Of a stretch of 64,000 nucleotides of DNA, positions 59,554-64,000 are shown in pieces. The stretch is from Obrimoposthia wandeli (taxonomy: Eukaryota). The notes under the pieces were generated by a model. The model made no database searches, had not been told where the DNA came from, and was given only the letters and a program-made list of their open reading frames with translations. The DNA is taken from the NCBI GenBank assembly GCA_977020255.1, contig CDROCS010004567.1:1-64000 (forward strand), in the 5' to 3' direction. Every line of letters begins with the position of its first letter. Within the stretch, counting starts at the first letter, position 1. Made by a program: the position numbers and the translations under genes.

Positions 59554-60495
59554 ATAGCGGACGTTCCCCTCAGATGAAAATAAGTATTTTTGATGATAAC
59601 TTTTACCAATAAGTTGATCTGTCTGGCTGGTAACTCAGCCAACTTTGCTGTCGTTCACATAATTGCATTAGCATGGCTTAATGAGTAAAGCGGAATAAAA
59701 AATTTAAATTATAATTATCTTTTAATGTCATTTAAAAATGGCTGAGATTTTTTGGTGATTAGGAATAACAATAAAAACGAGCGATAGAGTGCCAATAGGT
59801 CGAAACATATGACTATGCACATATTCATAATAATTGCTTAGCTCATCGGACTAGTCTTTTCCGTCCATCGAACCTATAATTTTTAGTACTTTTAACATTG
59901 ACAGTCTTTTTTCATGCCATACGCCTATCATTACTGGGAGATCTATATATGTCATCATCATACGAACGTCGTGGGCGCGTCACATCAAACGAAATGTACA
60001 ATGGCCTCTCTTTTGTCCAGCATTTCGAGGTCGACCATTTACAGCGCTGTGGAGCGAGGCTTCTGTTTGTGCGTAATGTCTACCGTGGCGATGTGCTCGC
60101 TGTACTACTAAACCATAAAGAACTGATGGCCGTTGATTTTGACGGTAGCGTCGAGTTACAACCTAAACTTACTCTGCGTTAATAACGCTATACCTCATTG
60201 TTATATTCAATAATAAATACAGATCCCGCGCGACAATCTTTGGATAAAAACCTTCTAAACAGCACCGAGGATCTTCAGTCTCATGCGATCCAATTGAATT
60301 AGAAACGACTAAGAGAAGTTGTTAAGGCATATCGGCCACGATTTCGTAATATAGCCAAACATAAACGTTCATATAGAGAAGACGAACGGCAGGAATGAGT
60401 CGAAGCAGTCAAAGATATTGTTCTCGTTCTATTACTGTATTTTGTTTTTTGATAATGAAATTAGTCTCAAAACCGATTTTGAGAACGTCCGCTAT
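59554..60495. repeat. Exact 12-bp inverted repeat ATAGCGGACGTT bracketing about 940 bp; related sites at 59511 and 60384
   Basis: ATAGCGGACGTT at 59554..59565 (+) and AACGTCCGCTAT at 60484..60495. Confidence 0.6.
59949..60182 (+). CDS. Small hypothetical protein (77 aa)
   Basis: RBS GGAG before ATG 59949; ERRG...LLFVRN...DFDGSVELQPKLTLR; about 47% GC by hand count. Confidence 0.6.
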   Translation: MSSSYERRGRVTSNEMYNGLSFVQHFEVDHLQRCGARLLFVRNVYRGDVLAVLLNHKELMAVDFDGSVELQPKLTLR

Positions 60496-60702
60496 GCCAA
60501 TGATTATTAAGTTGGCTGTCAACCTGCTTAAGTCAACTACTGGTGTTCGGTTGGCCTCGATAAACACCCACATTTTCAAAATATCACTTCTGCTTTGTGC
60601 ACAGAGCAGCCTTTATTTTCTAACAATTTGTTCAATATTTTTGTTACTTTTTCTTAACTCATACATCTATTAATTACACTTATTAGAAAATATGAGAGCA
60701 AC

Positions 60703-61875
60703 ATGAAACATACAAGCAAGATAATTACGCTCATACCCCTGATATTATTAGGGCTGTCAGGATGTAATGATTCATCCAAAAAAGAAACAATGTTAGATCC
60801 TGAACTGGTTGCACAAGGCAAAGAGATATTTCGCTTTGATACCTTTGGCGATGAGCAACTATGGACAGATACGTTGCAATTACACAATGTTGTTGCTGGC
60901 GCAGTCGATCCGATAACTGCTTTATCAGTCGGCCTTAAAGTTGATTCTGAGGTATTACCTGAAGGGGTATTACAAACGGTTGATCTTACTGACCCTGCCA
61001 CAACTATCACCTTATTAAAGCTCAATGCAGTTGTTGGTTTACAAGGTGATGTTCAAGAAATTAATGGTAAAGATACCTTAGTTAGCCTTGGGGCGACTTG
61101 TGCCTTGTGTCACTCAACAGTTGATGACTCCGTTGCTCCAGGCATTGGTAAGCGATTAGATGGCTGGGCAAATAGAGATCTAAATCCTGGTGTTATTTTG
61201 TCATTGTCACCAGCTTTACAAGATCAGGCGATGCAAGACGTACTGCTATCTTGGGGCGCTGGAAAGTATGATGCGTATTGGAATCAAGATGGTCTTAATG
61301 ATCCTACCGTAATACCACCAGCTTATGGCTTAAAAGACGTCGCATTAGCAACCTATACGGGTGAAGGAAGTATTTCATATTGGAATGCTTATGTTGCCGT
61401 GACACAAATGGGCGCAGCAGGTAATTTTATTGATGAAAGGTTAGGACTCAATATTATGCACGATCCTGATTTACTTAGCGAAAAACTGCCTGCCTTAGAA
61501 GCTTATCAATTTTCCTTAAATGCCCCTAAAGCCCCTGAAGGGAGCTTTGATAGTGATGCGGCTACGCGAGGCAAGGTGGTCTTTAATAATCAAGGCAACT
61601 GTGGTTCTTGTCATAGCGGCGATAAATTTACCGATGCTGGCACACAGCTTCATTATCCAGACGTTGTCGGTACAGACCCAACGTTAGCCAGTCGAAGTCT
61701 TACCGGAAAATACCGTACTACGCCATTGGCAGGCGTATGGCAGCATCCGCCATATTTTCATGATGGTAGCGCCGCGACCTTACTTGATGTAGTCGAGCAT
61801 TATAATAATCACTTGGCTTTAGGGTTAATGCCTTCTGAAAAAGATGATTTAGTACAATATTTACTATCATTGTAA
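60703..61875 (+). CDS. Di-heme cytochrome c lipoprotein (CcP/MauG/RoxA superfamily-like)
   Basis: Lipobox LSGC; heme motifs CALCH and CGSCH; YRTTPLAGVWQHPPYFHDGS. Confidence 0.8.
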   Translation: MKHTSKIITLIPLILLGLSGCNDSSKKETMLDPELVAQGKEIFRFDTFGDEQLWTDTLQLHNVVAGAVDPITALSVGLKVDSEVLPEGVLQTVDLTDPATTITLLKLNAVVGLQGDVQEINGKDTLVSLGATCALCHSTVDDSVAPGIGKRLDGWANRDLNPGVILSLSPALQDQAMQDVLLSWGAGKYDAYWNQDGLNDPTVIPPAYGLKDVALATYTGEGSISYWNAYVAVTQMGAAGNFIDERLGLNIMHDPDLLSEKLPALEAYQFSLNAPKAPEGSFDSDAATRGKVVFNNQGNCGSCHSGDKFTDAGTQLHYPDVVGTDPTLASRSLTGKYRTTPLAGVWQHPPYFHDGSAATLLDVVEHYNNHLALGLMPSEKDDLVQYLLSL

Positions 61876-61978
61876 ATAGGCTCAGGCTGCATACTGCCAT
61901 GTATTAAAATACCATGGCGGTAATCTTAAAAAAATGAAGTAAAAAAAGTTAACTTAAACGTGATTTACAGGCAAACAC

Positions 61979-62644
61979 ATGACCGAAATGGATTCTTTAA
62001 CGACAACAGAAGACTACCAACTCATTACGCATATTTTAGCGGGCAATATTAATGCGTACGAAGTCGTAATACGTCGCTATAACCAGCTTATGTTTCGCAT
62101 AGCCAAAGGCATTTTTGCTGATGACGATGAGGCGATGGATATTGTGCAAGAAGCGCACATTACCGCTTATCAAAAACTCGCTACCTTTAAGGGACCAAAA
62201 GGTTTTATGACTTGGATTGCCACTATAACGCGAAATATTGCTTTGATGCGTTTAAGAAAATCTAGTCGCTTAAGCTATAAAGAGGAGGAAGAAGTGCTTA
62301 ATTTAATTGAACTTGATACTGCCGCCGAACCCATTCATGACGCTATTGCGAATCAACAAACTCAAGCTACGCTAGAACAATTAATTAACGCATTACCTAT
62401 AAATTATCGTGCGATCTTTATTTTACGTGCCATTGAAAAAATGGCGATAAATGATATTGCTCAAATACTTTCACTTGAATATAACGTTGTAAAAGTACGC
62501 TTTCATCGAGCTAAAAAAATGTTAAAAATCGAAATAGGGGAGGTACTCACCGAACAGAAGCTTAGCTTGTATGAATTTGCTGGTGATCGCTGTGACAACA
62601 TAACGCGCAATGTAATGGCTGTTATCAAACAGGAAAGTCGATAA
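61979..62644 (+). CDS. ECF sigma-70 factor with C-terminal extension
   Basis: AMDIVQEAHI.AY, FMTWIATITRN, LPINYRAIFILR, VKVRFHRAKKML; tail YEFAGDRCD. Confidence 0.88.
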   Translation: MTEMDSLTTTEDYQLITHILAGNINAYEVVIRRYNQLMFRIAKGIFADDDEAMDIVQEAHITAYQKLATFKGPKGFMTWIATITRNIALMRLRKSSRLSYKEEEEVLNLIELDTAAEPIHDAIANQQTQATLEQLINALPINYRAIFILRAIEKMAINDIAQILSLEYNVVKVRFHRAKKMLKIEIGEVLTEQKLSLYEFAGDRCDNITRNVMAVIKQESR

Positions 62645-62814
62645 AGTTTAAAAACTAGGTTATTGCCTGAAACAATGACATATGAGTGTAAATATACATT
62701 TTATCTTGTTTCTACGGTCTGGTCGAAAAATGTATGATCAGGTTGAATAGCACTTAAATATCTTTGATATTTAACTTATCAGTAGTTCGTATAACCCAAG
62801 CTCAACTCATTATT

Positions 62815-63047
62815 TAACCTGATCTTTGGATAATGAGTGCTTGATGTTTATTTAAAATCAATAGATTAGGTTGTAACACAGAAAAATTAGCAGGAACAAT
62901 GTAGTTAAATGTCCGATCAATGTTTCAATTTCTGAGGTTATCAAGGCAAAAAGTTTATGAATAGCTGGCTATTTATCGACGTTTTAACGATGAGAACCAC
63001 AAAAATGGGAATGTTGAGCAAGTGCTGCTTATCCAGAGTTTAGGTTA
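62815..63047. mobile_element. MITE family 2 (233 bp, decayed TIRs)
   Basis: Left end TAACCTGATCTTTGGATAATGAGTGCTTG versus right end (reverse complement) TAACCTAAACTCTGGATAAGCAGCACTTG; no ORF. Confidence 0.65.
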
Positions 63048-63143
63048 TTTATGGCGTCCAATCAAAGTCTTGCCATTATTACCTTTGCTCAGGTACTATC
63101 TATAAAAAAACACATTAACTAACATAGTGAAAGAAGAGACTTT

Positions 63144-63566
63144 ATGCGCGGAGCAGGTGGGACATCAGGTGGTTTAGGACAGTTTTTTATTGGATTGATC
63201 ATGATGTGCGGTGGTTTTTACCTGCTGCTTAATGCAATTACAGTAAGTTCTAGTTTCGGTATGGGAATGCGTCTTTATGGCTTCTCTGCCATGGGCGGAA
63301 ATTATAGCGTAACGAGTGGTATGGTTATGATCCCTTTTATGTTTGGTGTCGGGATTATTTTTTATAACAGTAAGAACCCTATTGGTTGGCTGTTAGCGCT
63401 AGGCTCTATCACAGGTCTTATCTTTGGCGTAATTTCCTCTATTCGTTTTAGCTTTAGAACTATGACCTCTTTTGACTTAATTGTTATTTTGATACTGGCT
63501 ATGGGCGGATTAGGTCTATTCTTACGGTCGTTGAAGAAAATTGATGCGGCTATTCCAGCTAAGTAA
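63144..63566 (+). CDS. Small membrane protein, hypothetical
   Basis: Gly-rich MRGAGGTSGG start; 4 TM segments. Confidence 0.7.
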   Translation: MRGAGGTSGGLGQFFIGLIMMCGGFYLLLNAITVSSSFGMGMRLYGFSAMGGNYSVTSGMVMIPFMFGVGIIFYNSKNPIGWLLALGSITGLIFGVISSIRFSFRTMTSFDLIVILILAMGGLGLFLRSLKKIDAAIPAK

Positions 63567-63578
63567 TACTTAAAAGAA

Positions 63579-63612
63579 AAGAGCCAATAAAGTATCAACT
63601 TTATTGGCTCTT
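63579..63612. terminator. Bidirectional terminator
   Basis: AAGAGCCAATAAA-gtatcaac-TTTATTGGCTCTT. Confidence 0.8.
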
Positions 63613-63617
63613 CTGCA

Positions 63618-64000
63618 TTAATTCAAAAATGTCTGATAAGCGAGGTTGTCAGTTTCTTCTTGCCACTGATAGCCAAGGTCATCAAGATGTTGGAAGAATT
63701 CGTTCTGCTGACTTTTCTCAAGATCGAAACCAGCAAGTACCTGACCAAATGCTGCGCCATGATTACGGTAATGAAATAAGGTGATATTCCAGTATTCCCC
63801 CATAGCGGCTAAGAATTTTTCTAACGCTCCCGGATGTTCAGGAAACTCAAAACTAAAGAGTCGCTCATCGTTACCGTTCTTCGCTGAATGAGGCGTTTTT
63901 CCACCAATCATGTAGCGAACGTGCAATTTAGCTAGTTCATTATCAGTAAAATCTCTCACTTGATAATTTGCGCTTTCTAGCCCTTGCAGTAACTCTTGAC
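63618..64000 (-). CDS. ilvA: Biosynthetic threonine dehydratase, C-terminal regulatory domain (partial)
   Basis: NELAKLHVRYMIGG, ERLFSFEFPEHPGAL, WNITLFHYRNHGA; frame stays open to the window edge. Confidence 0.92.
   Translation of the reverse strand, partial: QELLQGLESANYQVRDFTDNELAKLHVRYMIGGKTPHSAKNGNDERLFSFEFPEHPGALEKFLAAMGEYWNITLFHYRNHGAAFGQVLAGFDLEKSQQNEFFQHLDDLGYQWQEETDNLAYQTFLN

Noticed and set aside
60410-60666. Minus-strand interrupted ORF MS*EKVTKILNKLLENKGCSVAQS… and plus-strand ORF 60395..60673
   Set aside because: No recognisable family, early stop, and both run through the repeat sites.
770-63598. Numerous 60-130 aa ORFs antisense to or nested in long genes (e.g. 770..1024, 7357..7746, 19289..19603, 29153..29503, 53533..53832, 60654..61025)
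   Set aside because: Shadow frames of well-supported genes, with no RBS or family motifs.

Overview
AT-rich gammaproteobacterial chromosome segment. Gene content and intergenic repeats suggest a Colwellia-like marine Alteromonadales (inference). Layout: (1) 1-6.3 kb, oxygen/redox signalling island (FixL-type heme-PAS/GGDEF protein, Aer receptor, HTH-REC regulator, multi-PAS kinase, REC). (2) 6.3-20 kb, small regulator/stress modules (LysR-AKR; AraC-GATase-DUF417-MOSC; Cys-tailed MarR with a perfect operator facing a secreted protein and DUF2024; GNATs, MFS, orphan ProX-like protein). (3) 20-49 kb, purine-to-glyoxylate supercluster: glcG-bhcR / bhcBCD (beta-hydroxyaspartate cycle without bhcA), malic enzyme, nucleoside-type channel, AGXT-type aminotransferase, RutR-like TetR, and xdhABC-allB-alc-uraD-uraH-allA-guaD-puuD-glcB. 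(4) 49-59 kb, HupE/UreJ pair and a CusCBA efflux operon. (5) 59-64 kb, a small repeat-bounded islet, a di-heme cytochrome c plus ECF sigma, and the ilvA 3' end. Best candidate for an undescribed system: a purine-fed, BhcA-less beta-hydroxyaspartate pathway. It is tied together by two recurring palindromes, TTGACACATGTGTCAA-like (3 promoters) and TTTCAC-N3-GTG(A/G)AA (6 sites). Five copies of a ~263-bp TA-flanked MITE and one copy of a second MITE family are present. Three genes (GGDEF protein, aer, guaD) carry local lesions that may be consensus errors. No rRNA, tRNA, CRISPR array or transposase was found. All protein assignments come from motif recognition, not database searches.
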